Part shown: positions 47,150 through 58,591 of the stretch, one piece after another
How the letters are laid out: every line of letters begins with the position of its first letter
Numbering within the stretch: the first letter of the stretch is position 1
Sequence record: NC_048792.1
DNA length: 64,000 nt
Strand: one strand, 5' to 3'
Program-made: the position numbers and the translations under genes
Notes under the pieces: model-generated
Seen by the model: only the letters and a program-made list of their open reading frames with translations
The model's database searches: none
What the model was told of the DNA's origin: nothing

Positions 47150-47319
47150 TTTCCCCTTGATTCTATGATTCCGGGAAGTAAGCAGTACAAATAACCCCTC
47201 CCTTTTGGGAGGGATTCTTAAGAGGGTCGTCCCTCTTTTTTTGTTCCCTTATTTTTTCAAATACTCTTTAAATAGTTTAGTAACAACTAGACTATCACCC
47301 CTCCTTTAAGGAATAAACC

Positions 47320-47478
47320 ATGCAACAGTCAGCACCTGCTAATGTAGCAGAAGTAAAACCAGAGAACGCTTATTTCGAATCTGGTTCAAACGAGCAACCT
47401 GTGTCAGTCTCTCAATGCGACTTCCATTACGGTAGCCTGGACGGCCTGGCAACCATTATGGCAAACCCTCAGCACTAA
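47320..47478 (+). CDS. 52-aa peptide (not in ORF track)
   Basis: AAGGA RBS; MQQSAPANVAEV...GLATIMANPQH. Confidence 0.65.
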   Translation: MQQSAPANVAEVKPENAYFESGSNEQPVSVSQCDFHYGSLDGLATIMANPQH

Positions 47479-47489
47479 GGAAAATAAAC

Positions 47490-47759
47490 GTGACTAAAGA
47501 TCTTTCTTCCTATTTCAAACCAGCCGCCGATTCTACCGCTCTGCCAGGCCAAACTCGTGGCGAAACTAAATTAACAACGACCTTCGACGAGCTCCCGGTA
47601 ACTGGCGACGGCGCAAAGGTTATCGATCAAAGCGGTGATTCCCTGGACTCTTTGTTCGACGGTATCGATTTCGATGCGGTAGCTGCTCGTAACGAAGAGC
47701 GGGCTGAAAGCGGTGAAGAGTTCGTCGATGACGGCGACTGCGAAGGCTGCAAGATCTGA
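47490..47759 (+). CDS. acidic peptide ending in an NrdA-like redox tail (DDGDCEGCKI)
   Basis: AAGGA RBS, GTG start; compare E. coli NrdA ...DDGCESGACKI. Confidence 0.7.
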   Translation: MTKDLSSYFKPAADSTALPGQTRGETKLTTTFDELPVTGDGAKVIDQSGDSLDSLFDGIDFDAVAARNEERAESGEEFVDDGDCEGCKI

Positions 47760-47773
47760 AGATAATTTCAGGT

Positions 47774-47790
47774 CTATATTACTTTAATGA
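47774..47790 (+). promoter_or_regulatory. phiKZ-type early promoter (class I)
   Basis: CTATATTAC-ttta-ATGA. Confidence 0.75.
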
Positions 47791-47871
47791 TAATCGAATC
47801 AGTCGATTAAATCGAGAGTAGGATTTTCCTACTCTCTACTATTTTACAATTTAGTTTAGAGAGATTTACAC

Positions 47872-48246
47872 ATGAGCGTTACATCTTTGACCAAAGTCCG
47901 TTTACCGATTCCATCTTTCTGGCGTCAAAGCGATTTGGAAAAGATCGCAAAAGCTTTGAATAACCGTAGCGTGGTACTGGGTGAAACTAACCCTACCTTC
48001 CCAGTTAAAGAACCGTGGCGCTTCTACGAAATCAAAAAGCCAACGCATCGCCTGGAAAACTTCCGTGCTACTGACGGACAGTTAACCGCAAGTGTTAAGA
48101 TCATCGACCCTGAAGTGCTGGGTGACATTATCGATGGTCGTTCTTACAATTTCAGTATCCGTCGTAACAATGACGTTTTCGCTAAAGACGGTAGTACTTG
48201 CTCAAGTGCTCCTGGTCTGATCGCGATCGATATCCGTTTTAACTAG
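47872..48246 (+). CDS. head-protease-fold paralogue with possible His/Ser/Asp retained
   Basis: VLGETNP...PTHRL...NFSIR...LIAID. Confidence 0.55.
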   Translation: MSVTSLTKVRLPIPSFWRQSDLEKIAKALNNRSVVLGETNPTFPVKEPWRFYEIKKPTHRLENFRATDGQLTASVKIIDPEVLGDIIDGRSYNFSIRRNNDVFAKDGSTCSSAPGLIAIDIRFN

Positions 48247-48293
48247 CCGTTGTGAAGTACGAGTAATTCACTGGCAATACCAGGGAAACCATT

Positions 48294-48587
48294 ATGTCTG
48301 AACTTAAACAAATAGAGGAAGCGATGATGAACATGAACCAAGTAGAAAAGGAAGAAATGTCGGATGCCCTGATCTCCCTTCAGTTGTGCAACTACAACAA
48401 CCCGACTAACAACGTCGCGATTAAGAACTGCGCTGCATCTATCCGTGGCCGGGCACTGACTTTACCGGTACGTGATCTGATGCATCTGGTTCAGATGTCG
48501 CCGCAACCACTGCGTTCAGTTATCAACGCGCTGCAGAAGTACCGTCCAACTGACTTGAAGGAAGGTACGTTGTCAATACACCGTTAA
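48294..48587 (+). CDS. hypothetical protein
   Basis: GGGA RBS. Confidence 0.7.
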   Translation: MSELKQIEEAMMNMNQVEKEEMSDALISLQLCNYNNPTNNVAIKNCAASIRGRALTLPVRDLMHLVQMSPQPLRSVINALQKYRPTDLKEGTLSIHR

Positions 48588-48597
48588 CAGGTGGAAC

Positions 48598-49017
48598 ATG
48601 GCATTCAACACAACACCAGGGAAACGCGTCCTCGTACTCGGGGACGTACCTATTTATTTCAAGGCGTACGCGAAAGCATACCGTCTTGATATAAACGACA
48701 TCGCTAACGCGCTATTACAAGGTGTAGCCTATGTCCTCTCCAACGAATGGGACGCAAACAGCGACCGTGATGAGAACTTCTCTATGGCGATTCAGGACTA
48801 CCTTTATTGGGAGTATGAATTAGCTCAGATAACGGAAGAGGACTTGCAGCACTTAATAGATCGTTGGGAAGAGATCATTCATAGCGTACTGGTAAACAAC
48901 CGGCTAGATTGGTTAATTCGGATGGCGGAAAGTAACGGGCTTGACGTCGATAGTTGTCGAGATCGTTTCAAAGCTCGCGTCGTCAAGAATCGATTAGAGA
49001 TCGAATTCCTGAGGTAA
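48598..49017 (+). CDS. hypothetical protein
   Basis: GGTGG RBS. Confidence 0.75.
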   Translation: MAFNTTPGKRVLVLGDVPIYFKAYAKAYRLDINDIANALLQGVAYVLSNEWDANSDRDENFSMAIQDYLYWEYELAQITEEDLQHLIDRWEEIIHSVLVNNRLDWLIRMAESNGLDVDSCRDRFKARVVKNRLEIEFLR

Positions 49018-49022
49018 GAAAG

Positions 49023-49214
49023 ATGTCCGTAATTTCGATCACCCCTCCGGACTACAGTCCGGTTACGATTTCGGGTCAGGTTGCTCAAGATAGTCTGCGC
49101 GATATCGAAGCACTTGAGGCTAAGTTAGGTATCGCACTTCCACGCAAACTTCGTATCACGATGATCGAGAAGTTGATTACCAGCAAACTTAACAAATGTA
49201 ATATCACACAGTGA
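49023..49214 (+). CDS. small hypothetical protein
   Basis: GAGG RBS before ATG 49023. Confidence 0.6.
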   Translation: MSVISITPPDYSPVTISGQVAQDSLRDIEALEAKLGIALPRKLRITMIEKLITSKLNKCNITQ

Positions 49215-49251
49215 GGCGAAAGCCTCACTCCTATTTTCTACAGGAGGATAA

Positions 49252-49539
49252 ATGTCTGTACCTTCAGCTAATGGAACGTCAATGGATGAGCTTCGTTGCT
49301 TTATGGATGTCCTCATGACTATCGCCATCAGTTACAAAATTCATAACGGTAATCCCGGTAAGGTAATGGCTACTGCGATGTTGGTATTGCAGCGTGTCCC
49401 TTATGATTACCCTAAGGAAGTTTGCAAGGCGGTCATTAATGACCCTAAGAACACATTGGCAATCGTTAATACGATTACCATGTCTCACTTCAAACGACCA
49501 ATAATCATCCCTTCGGAACGCGATCTAAAAAGAGGGTAA
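49252..49539 (+). CDS. hypothetical protein
   Basis: AGGAGG RBS. Confidence 0.7.
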   Translation: MSVPSANGTSMDELRCFMDVLMTIAISYKIHNGNPGKVMATAMLVLQRVPYDYPKEVCKAVINDPKNTLAIVNTITMSHFKRPIIIPSERDLKRG

Positions 49540-49544
49540 GGCAG

Positions 49545-51901
<2,357 letters not shown>

Positions 51902-52006
51902 AACGATTAATTAAAGGCTGCCTCTTCGGAGGCGCCTTCCTTTTTGTTGCTGGCTTTTCTTTTTTGTTCGGATTATGGTTTACGTTTATAAACATCTGAG
52001 GTCAAA

Positions 52007-52285
52007 ATGCCATACGTAAATTTACCTGAGGGGGAGTTAACCAAAGACTCCAGTTTAATCATCACCGGGGTAATTTCTAAGGAAGTTACTTATCTGCCTT
52101 TAGTCGATATTAAAACTATCGGTAAACCTTATCGTAGCGGGCCAGGTAAATGGGCTCTCTGGGTATTCGAAGTGGAGAAGAAGGATGGTACTTCCATTAC
52201 CCTTACTCCTTTAAAGAACTTCGGTGGAACTCGTGAAGAGCTCCATCAAAAGTGCGAGTTAATCAGTTCACTGTTGGGGGGATGA
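52007..52285 (+). CDS. hypothetical protein
   Basis: GAGG RBS. Confidence 0.7.
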   Translation: MPYVNLPEGELTKDSSLIITGVISKEVTYLPLVDIKTIGKPYRSGPGKWALWVFEVEKKDGTSITLTPLKNFGGTREELHQKCELISSLLGG

Positions 52286-52286
52286 A

Positions 52287-53219
52287 ATGTACGATTATCC
52301 TGTTAATGATAAAAACGTTGTAGTCTTCTATCACGATAGCTGCATGGACGGCTTCGCAGCCGCTGCGCTGATGTATACTCGTTATCCATTGGCCACGTAT
52401 CAACCAATTAACTACGGTCGTCCTAATACTCTGGACGTCGAAGGTAAGGTAGTCTTCTTCGTAGACTTCTGCCCTGACACTGAGTGGACAAGCGCTAACT
52501 GGGAAAAGACCCAGCGTTGCATTCTACTCGATCATCACAAAGACTCTACTGACCGTGCCGGTCATGCGAAAGAGCACATGCGTCCAGGTGACCACATCGG
52601 TTTCGATATGGCTCACTCAGGTGCAGGCCTGGCATGGGAATACCTCTATCCAAACGAACCAATGCCGCCTATGGTTAAATTGGTAGAACTGCGTGACCTT
52701 TGGTTACTTACCCCGGACATGCGTAAGTATCATGAGTACTTCGCTACCTTCCTGGCTAAGGGTGAACCGGATGTTATCTTCCCGCCGTTCGTTAAAGTCC
52801 TTTACACCCAAGACCAAGCTGGTGTAGATGAAATTACTGCGATGGCTGATATCCTGGTCAAAGCACGCGATCAGCAAGTAGAGTGGTTCATGAAGAATGC
52901 TACTTGGTGGTATCGCGGTCAGGTTATTCGCGGCCCTAAAGGTCAAGTCGATACCACCATCGCCGTTCTGAACTGCCCGCATATCTTCATCTCTGAGGTT
53001 GCTTCTCAGATCATGGAGAAGAACCCGCGTGTAGATCTGGTGATCGGTACAAGTATTAGCGGTAAGGGTATGGGATTCAGTTTCCGTTCTCGTGCCGGTT
53101 CCGGGTTAGCGTCCCATGTAGCTAAGAAGTTCTCTGGTGGTGGCCACCCTGATGCAGCAGGTGGTCGTTGTGCGGGTATTAAGAGTTACGAAGAACTGGT
53201 GAAAGAGGCCTGTGAATGA
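52287..53219 (+). CDS. DHH/DHHA1 phosphoesterase (nanoRNase-like)
   Basis: YHDSCMDG, FFVDF, LLDHH, SGAGLAWEY, SFRS, GGGHPDAAG. Confidence 0.92.
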   Translation: MYDYPVNDKNVVVFYHDSCMDGFAAAALMYTRYPLATYQPINYGRPNTLDVEGKVVFFVDFCPDTEWTSANWEKTQRCILLDHHKDSTDRAGHAKEHMRPGDHIGFDMAHSGAGLAWEYLYPNEPMPPMVKLVELRDLWLLTPDMRKYHEYFATFLAKGEPDVIFPPFVKVLYTQDQAGVDEITAMADILVKARDQQVEWFMKNATWWYRGQVIRGPKGQVDTTIAVLNCPHIFISEVASQIMEKNPRVDLVIGTSISGKGMGFSFRSRAGSGLASHVAKKFSGGGHPDAAGGRCAGIKSYEELVKEACE

Positions 53220-53728
53220 TCGAAGCTCCTGAACTCTCTATAGAGCCCTGCGGGGGATCTAAACAAATGATTCGTTACGCCGGTACGACCATCGTAGTCG
53301 ACTTCGATACACTGGCGAACATTTCAATCAATAAACCAAATTCCTTTGGCTATCGTTCCTCGATAGTCTTTATTGACAACACCGGGTTCCAACAAGTCGT
53401 CCAAGTCGAAGGTAACGACTTTGCTCTCTACGAAGAGTTCACTCTCCGTGTTATCGATATCTGGAAAGTTTGGCTGCGTAACACTGCTGGCTTTGTTAAC
53501 GATATTGAACCGCCTGTTATGAGATATTATGCTGATAGAAAATTATTGGCTATCAAGTGGGGTGGTAATACAGTTAACGTCTACAAAGATGGACTCGAAA
53601 CTGTTAGGCATTTAGGTGACCAATTGGTCATCGATTACGGTAATCGAAAAGTTATCAGGCTGCTGAGTGCTCGAGTGGATCTCCTGGATACAGTTAACAA
53701 GGAGATACAAGGCAGACTGATAGTGTAA
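53216..53728 (+). CDS. hypothetical protein (two beta-rich repeats)
   Basis: Coupled to the DHH gene. Confidence 0.7.
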   Translation: MIEAPELSIEPCGGSKQMIRYAGTTIVVDFDTLANISINKPNSFGYRSSIVFIDNTGFQQVVQVEGNDFALYEEFTLRVIDIWKVWLRNTAGFVNDIEPPVMRYYADRKLLAIKWGGNTVNVYKDGLETVRHLGDQLVIDYGNRKVIRLLSARVDLLDTVNKEIQGRLIV

Positions 53729-53749
53729 TAATCACAGCAGAGTCCTCGT

Positions 53750-54025
53750 ATGCAAAAAGACATCTTTATGGCCCTTAACCAAGATGAGACTTCTTTCATC
53801 GTTAAGGATAAAAACAGTAACACTGTAGTAATGGCAGATAAGATCCTCAGTGTCGGTAATGTCTTCCGTCGTTGTCTGGTAGGATCTTGGTTCCTCGACT
53901 TACGTTTCACCTCCGGTGAAGCCGTCAGGTTCGTGGCCAATCGTGATCAATTAATCCGCTTGAAGATCGCTTTGATCAGTGCGGTAGAAACTAACGCCCG
54001 ACGTTTACGTCGAAAGACCAACTAA
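53750..54025 (+). CDS. hypothetical protein
   Basis: Operon position. Confidence 0.65.
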   Translation: MQKDIFMALNQDETSFIVKDKNSNTVVMADKILSVGNVFRRCLVGSWFLDLRFTSGEAVRFVANRDQLIRLKIALISAVETNARRLRRKTN

Positions 54026-54038
54026 GAAAGGAAAGTAA

Positions 54039-54656
54039 ATGGAACAACAGCTCGCTCAAAATATTCCCGGTTACAAAATGTTTATTGTCTGGGATCTGGA
54101 CGATACCGTATTTGATACCGAACATGCTTTAGTTAATTGGATTAACAAAAAGTATAACGCCAACTACGTCTGGGGTAATCGACTGGGTCGTAAAGGTGTT
54201 GAAGGTGAACGTCTGATGGATGCACTGGAAGATGCATTCTTCATGCGTGACGGAGTATTCTGTCCGGGCTGGGAAAAGTTCCCTGAATGGTTACGCTTTA
54301 TGGAATTCGCGTATCCTGAAGTTGGTCACCTCTTCGTTACTCACCGTGGTTACCACAAACGCGGTATGGAGTACACGTTAGAGAACTTCAAGAAACATGG
54401 CCTCGTTATGGAAGGCGTCGCTTTGGATCCTGAAGTTCACCCAGATAAAGAAGCCTGGCTGAAAACCCAGACTAACTTACCTTTCCTGTTATTCGACGAT
54501 CGTCCTCATTGGACGAACGGTAATGGCGGATCGGATAATGTCATTTTGGTTAATCGGCCGTGGAACTCTGAACTGCAGGGTTATCGTCGCGTTGAGTCTT
54601 TCAAGGATGTTCAGAAGCAAGCGGTTGATTTCATTGTTTCTCATTTGGGTTATTAA
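54039..54656 (+). CDS. HAD-superfamily 5'(3')-deoxyribonucleotidase-like protein
   Basis: WDLDDTVFD, FVTHRG, LFDDRP, RPWN. Confidence 0.85.
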   Translation: MEQQLAQNIPGYKMFIVWDLDDTVFDTEHALVNWINKKYNANYVWGNRLGRKGVEGERLMDALEDAFFMRDGVFCPGWEKFPEWLRFMEFAYPEVGHLFVTHRGYHKRGMEYTLENFKKHGLVMEGVALDPEVHPDKEAWLKTQTNLPFLLFDDRPHWTNGNGGSDNVILVNRPWNSELQGYRRVESFKDVQKQAVDFIVSHLGY

Positions 54657-54731
54657 AATAACGGAGTACGCAAAAGCGTACTCCGTTTATTTGTTTATGC
54701 ACTCTTTTATTTTTTATTGAGGTATAACCTA

Positions 54732-55403
54732 ATGATGGAATTCGATCGTAACACTGCTAAGGCTCTGCAAGAGTCTCTGAACGCTGCAGGTTTTAACTGT
54801 GGCACTCCTGACGGTATTTGGGGAAAGAACTCCCAGGCTGCGCTGGAAGCATCTTATAAGCAGTACGATATTGCTTGGTCGGGTAACAAGAACGTCAATG
54901 ACGAGTTCGTTACTAAGACTAAGAAAATTGCTAAGGATCTGCAGCAGACAGATGATGGCGGCTGGTTAATGTCTTGCATGGCATTCGAAACAGGTCGTAC
55001 TTTCTCCCCTACCATCCAGAATGGCGCAGGAGCAAGCTACTGGGGCCTCGTGCAGTTTGGATCCATGGCGATGCAGGACATTGGTGTCACTAAAGCACAA
55101 CTGCTGGCGATGACTGCAGTTCAGCAATTAGACTGCGTCTACAAATACTTCAAACCGTACACCGGTAAGCTCTACGATCTGACTTCATGCTACATGCGTA
55201 TCCTGTGGCCGGTTGGTGTTACCAAACCGAACTCTTACGTCATGTGGGATAAAAATATTCCAAGTCAAGCTAAGGCCTACGAGCAAAACCGTGGCCTGGA
55301 CGTGGATAAGGACGGTAAGATTACCCGTGCAGAAGTGGGTACTACCATTTGGAAAATCTACGGCGAAGGTCTTCTGATCAAGAACCGTAAGAAGATCGCG
55401 TAA
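54732..55403 (+). CDS. modular endolysin (PG-binding + lysozyme-like domain)
   Basis: LQESLNAAGF..G.PDGIWGKNSQAAL; LMSCMAFETGRTFSP; GLVQF; LDVDKDGKIT. Confidence 0.85.
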   Translation: MMEFDRNTAKALQESLNAAGFNCGTPDGIWGKNSQAALEASYKQYDIAWSGNKNVNDEFVTKTKKIAKDLQQTDDGGWLMSCMAFETGRTFSPTIQNGAGASYWGLVQFGSMAMQDIGVTKAQLLAMTAVQQLDCVYKYFKPYTGKLYDLTSCYMRILWPVGVTKPNSYVMWDKNIPSQAKAYEQNRGLDVDKDGKITRAEVGTTIWKIYGEGLLIKNRKKIA

Positions 55404-55420
55404 CCTCGTAGGGGTGGCGT

Positions 55421-55543
55421 ATGAATGCAGAGATAGTAATTACTATTTCCGCAGCTGAGGTCTTAATCACTTCCGTGGTTATCTTGGCTATCCTGGTTGG
55501 GATATCGGGAGCAATTGCGTTTGTTAAGTTTGGACCTAAGTAA
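55421..55543 (+). CDS. 40-aa hydrophobic peptide after endolysin (not in ORF track)
   Basis: MNAEIVITISAAEVLITSVVILAILVGISGAIAFVKFGPK; GGGG RBS. Confidence 0.5.
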   Translation: MNAEIVITISAAEVLITSVVILAILVGISGAIAFVKFGPK

Positions 55544-55555
55544 TAAAGCAAACAT

Positions 55556-55580
55556 AGACCAGGGCGTTTTGCCCTGGTCT
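55556..55580. terminator. hairpin between convergent genes
   Basis: AGACCAGGGC-gtttt-GCCCTGGTCT. Confidence 0.75.
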
Positions 55581-55598
55581 ATTATCTTATTTTGTCGA

Positions 55599-56468
55599 TT
55601 AGATACCGACGCCGCCTTTGGACATTTTCTGCATCCACTCAACGTAACCAGTATCAGCAGCAGCAACGTCAGCTTCTGCGGATTGCAGGAAGGCCGGACG
55701 GGTGTTGATGTCAATACCAGTTTGACGAGCGCGATCCAGGAACTGCTGGCCCAGTTTACGAACACCGTCACCTACTTGCTGAATACCCGTGAAGGTAATC
55801 GAGTGAGTTACGGATTCAGGGGTAGCGGTGATGTCACGGCTACCTTCGTTACGTGGACCCTGCATTGGCATCATGTTGGTAACCAACCATGCTTCCTGGC
55901 AATAACGCTGAGATGCATCCGGCTCTACGAAGAGTACGGTGAACGCAGTGTAGTCAGGGTAGCTGGTACCAGGGGTGATGTTGCCTTTGGCGATGATGCC
56001 TGGAACGTTACTCTCTGGGTTACCCAGGAAGTAAATGATGTAGCGCTGCCAGAAGTTCAGGACCGGACGACCGATCTTCTCTACCCACTCGAACTGAGGA
56101 ACAGAACGAGCGCGGCGAACTTTAGCCAGAGACTGCATCATCTCACCAGAACCACCGAACGGGTTTTCGACGTATTCAACGTCCAACGACTGATCCAGGC
56201 CGGAAATAGAACGCGGGTGCAGTTCGATCAGGGCCTTCAGAGCTGCTTGCCATTTCGCCGGGTCATCCGTGTCCAACATTGCTGCAGGACATTCCAGAAG
56301 GAATGGGATAACCGGACGACGGGTGTAGTCAGCTGCACCGTGGTAGTAACGGAAATCAGGAGCGTACCCCATCATGCCTGAGTTAGGCAGGTTGGTTACG
56401 GGCCCGAAGGACCCGTTGACGTACGCTGTGTTGGAAGGGAGAATGGTATTTGGATCTTTCTTAGCCAT
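55599..56468 (-). CDS. tail tube protein (phiKZ gp30-like)
   Basis: About 290 aa directly after the sheath; LIELHPRSISGL...WVEKIGRP...AWLVTNMMP recalled from this family. Confidence 0.85.
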   Translation of the reverse strand: MAKKDPNTILPSNTAYVNGSFGPVTNLPNSGMMGYAPDFRYYHGAADYTRRPVIPFLLECPAAMLDTDDPAKWQAALKALIELHPRSISGLDQSLDVEYVENPFGGSGEMMQSLAKVRRARSVPQFEWVEKIGRPVLNFWQRYIIYFLGNPESNVPGIIAKGNITPGTSYPDYTAFTVLFVEPDASQRYCQEAWLVTNMMPMQGPRNEGSRDITATPESVTHSITFTGIQQVGDGVRKLGQQFLDRARQTGIDINTRPAFLQSAEADVAAADTGYVEWMQKMSKGGVGI

Positions 56469-58539
56469 TCGCTAACTCCTCGGCGGTATAAGCTACGGAC
56501 GACATGTCCAATACGGTACGCATGTGGTTCGCACCGAAATCAACACGCAACGACCAGCTGTAACCACGTTCACGGTCACCGTCGGTGATCTGAGCATGAG
56601 GGATATAACGCAGACGGTTATCGAAGGCGTTTGCACCGCGATCAGTTACGATCTTCTCGGTACGTTCCAACAGCTGATCGTCAGACAGTTTACCGTTACC
56701 CGACAGATCACGCCATGCATCGAAGCCGAAGCGGTTGATGTTGGCAACCAGCAGACCAGTCATGGAAGACTTCAGCACAGAACCAGGTTCTGGGTAGAAG
56801 CTCTGCTGACCGGCATAGAACTGGGAGCGGGTGTCGTAGTCTTCCACGTACACCAGACCACTTGCCCACTGACGGCGTTTTACACGCCAGGACTTGTCGA
56901 GGTTGGTTACGTTTTTGACTACTTGAACGATACGGTTCGCACCGTCGTCGATCGCGTTTTCAGATTTCAGTACACCGTTAGCTGCGCCGGCATAAGAGCA
57001 CATTGCAGCGAAACGGTCCAGGTTCAGCGGAACACGGAACTTGCGAGTAGTACCGGTGTAGTCGCCACACTGACCTACGATCTGACCACGGAATGCCGGG
57101 GTAGCGAAATCTGTAGAATCAGGGAACTGTTGGACACGGGTCAACAGAGACAGAGCGATGGACTCTTCTTCTTCGTTGGTGTTGTCCGGGAGGCTGATAT
57201 CCTGTGTACACAAGCTGATCCAGGTATCAGCACGGAAGCCGATAATTGCCGGGATGAGTTGCTTGGTAGCCAGATCGTAACCGGAGTCCCAGAAGGCGTT
57301 GAACGGATAACGCGCCATGTTGCTCAGGTTGATACCGGTGTTGCTGGTCAGGTTACCCAGGATTTTAGCCACTGCCTTGTTAAAGGAAGCGTTACCCAGA
57401 GTACCGTCACCACCGCCTACCATGTAGAAGGATGCGTTCTCAGAGAGAACAGTACCGCCTTCAGAAACCGGCTGGATTTGCACAGTGTGGTAAGGTACGC
57501 CTTCCACAGTTTGCGCGCCGAACAGGTTGATCTCGTACAGGTCATCCGGGTTGTCAGAGACAGCCGGGTTAGCCGCAGATTCCAGAGCCTGGATTTCTTT
57601 CAGCAGCATGTCTACGTTAGCCTGGTACAGATAAGGCTTATCGATTGGAGATTCCAACCAAGTAGACGGGTCGCTATCGTTGTAGCGCTCATCGATGCGT
57701 TCAGCGAAATCGTAAACGATCCCGGTTTCACGGTCGATGGTGTCAGTCCCCAGGCTTACCAATACGGAAGATTCCTGAGACAGAGTCTCAAGGATTGCCG
57801 GAGAAGACAGTTCGTTTTCACGAACCAGCATCTGGAAGCGATACAGGAAAGACTTCAGTCGAGCTTGCAGATCGGAATCTGCCGCTTGACGAGATTGGGT
57901 GGTCGGAGCCCAGATGCGCAGTGCGGTGTTTGGACCCAGAGACGATTTGTCGCGAGCGATCCAGTCTACCAACGGCAGCAACTGAGATTTACCCGCGGTG
58001 TCGTCACCCAGGGTACCGTCGGATTTTTCACGGCGGCCGTACATTGTTTGTTGGCTATCTTTGTCAACCGGAATCGCGCCGAAATGGAACGACATCAGGA
58101 TGCCAGGGATAGTGGTACCAGTTGCTTGCTTCTGGCCATTGGAGTCCAGAATGTAGCGACCTTCTTCGTCGCGTTTGTATTCTGGAAGATCTTTCTTCAT
58201 CCAGTCTACAGACAGACCGAGAGTTGCTGGGTCGGGAATATCTTCCGGCTCAACACGCATTGCCAAGAACTGGTTGCCGGCTTTACGCGCTTCGATAACG
58301 AATGGCGTAGAGTGAGTAGCATAAGGGGAGTTCAGGTCAACAGCTTCGGAACCGAAGATATCTTCGAACTTGTTCGGGTCGATCCACATCGGCGTAGTTG
58401 GCCCTTTCCGCGAGAAGAACGGAATCAGAGGACGGTGCAAAGGGAGCGTGGTTGGTGCCCCAGTGCTACGCTGATAAGATGTGTCCCGAGTACCCCGATA
58501 ATAAATATTGGGAGTAGAGCTTGTGATTTGCTCAGACAT
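56461..58539 (-). CDS. tail sheath protein (phiKZ gp29-like)
   Basis: 692 aa; P.H.P....KGP, SPYATH, ARYPFNAFWDSGY, GANHMRTV motifs. Confidence 0.9.
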   Translation of the reverse strand: MSEQITSSTPNIYYRGTRDTSYQRSTGAPTTLPLHRPLIPFFSRKGPTTPMWIDPNKFEDIFGSEAVDLNSPYATHSTPFVIEARKAGNQFLAMRVEPEDIPDPATLGLSVDWMKKDLPEYKRDEEGRYILDSNGQKQATGTTIPGILMSFHFGAIPVDKDSQQTMYGRREKSDGTLGDDTAGKSQLLPLVDWIARDKSSLGPNTALRIWAPTTQSRQAADSDLQARLKSFLYRFQMLVRENELSSPAILETLSQESSVLVSLGTDTIDRETGIVYDFAERIDERYNDSDPSTWLESPIDKPYLYQANVDMLLKEIQALESAANPAVSDNPDDLYEINLFGAQTVEGVPYHTVQIQPVSEGGTVLSENASFYMVGGGDGTLGNASFNKAVAKILGNLTSNTGINLSNMARYPFNAFWDSGYDLATKQLIPAIIGFRADTWISLCTQDISLPDNTNEEEESIALSLLTRVQQFPDSTDFATPAFRGQIVGQCGDYTGTTRKFRVPLNLDRFAAMCSYAGAANGVLKSENAIDDGANRIVQVVKNVTNLDKSWRVKRRQWASGLVYVEDYDTRSQFYAGQQSFYPEPGSVLKSSMTGLLVANINRFGFDAWRDLSGNGKLSDDQLLERTEKIVTDRGANAFDNRLRYIPHAQITDGDRERGYSWSLRVDFGANHMRTVLDMSSVAYTAEELANG

Positions 58540-58564
58540 GGTGTTGCTCCGTATACAGAGTGAT

Positions 58565-58591
58565 CTTACGTAAGTATGTACATATCACGTG
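58565..58591. promoter_or_regulatory. divergent late-promoter region with adjacent palindromes
   Basis: CTTACGTAAG + TATGTACATA (TATG on both strands) + CACGTG, between divergent virion operons. Confidence 0.45.

Noticed and set aside
49023-49214. IEALEAKLGIALP resembling the SMI1/KNR4 (SUKH) motif
   Set aside because: The protein is too short to hold the domain and lacks the downstream motifs
55497-56381. 294-aa + strand ORF antisense to the tail tube
   Set aside because: Shadow frame of a recognised gene
56524-58563. 679-aa + strand ORF antisense to the tail sheath
   Set aside because: Shadow ORF from the sheath's biased codon usage; no RBS or domain; typical V/T/Q-rich antisense composition
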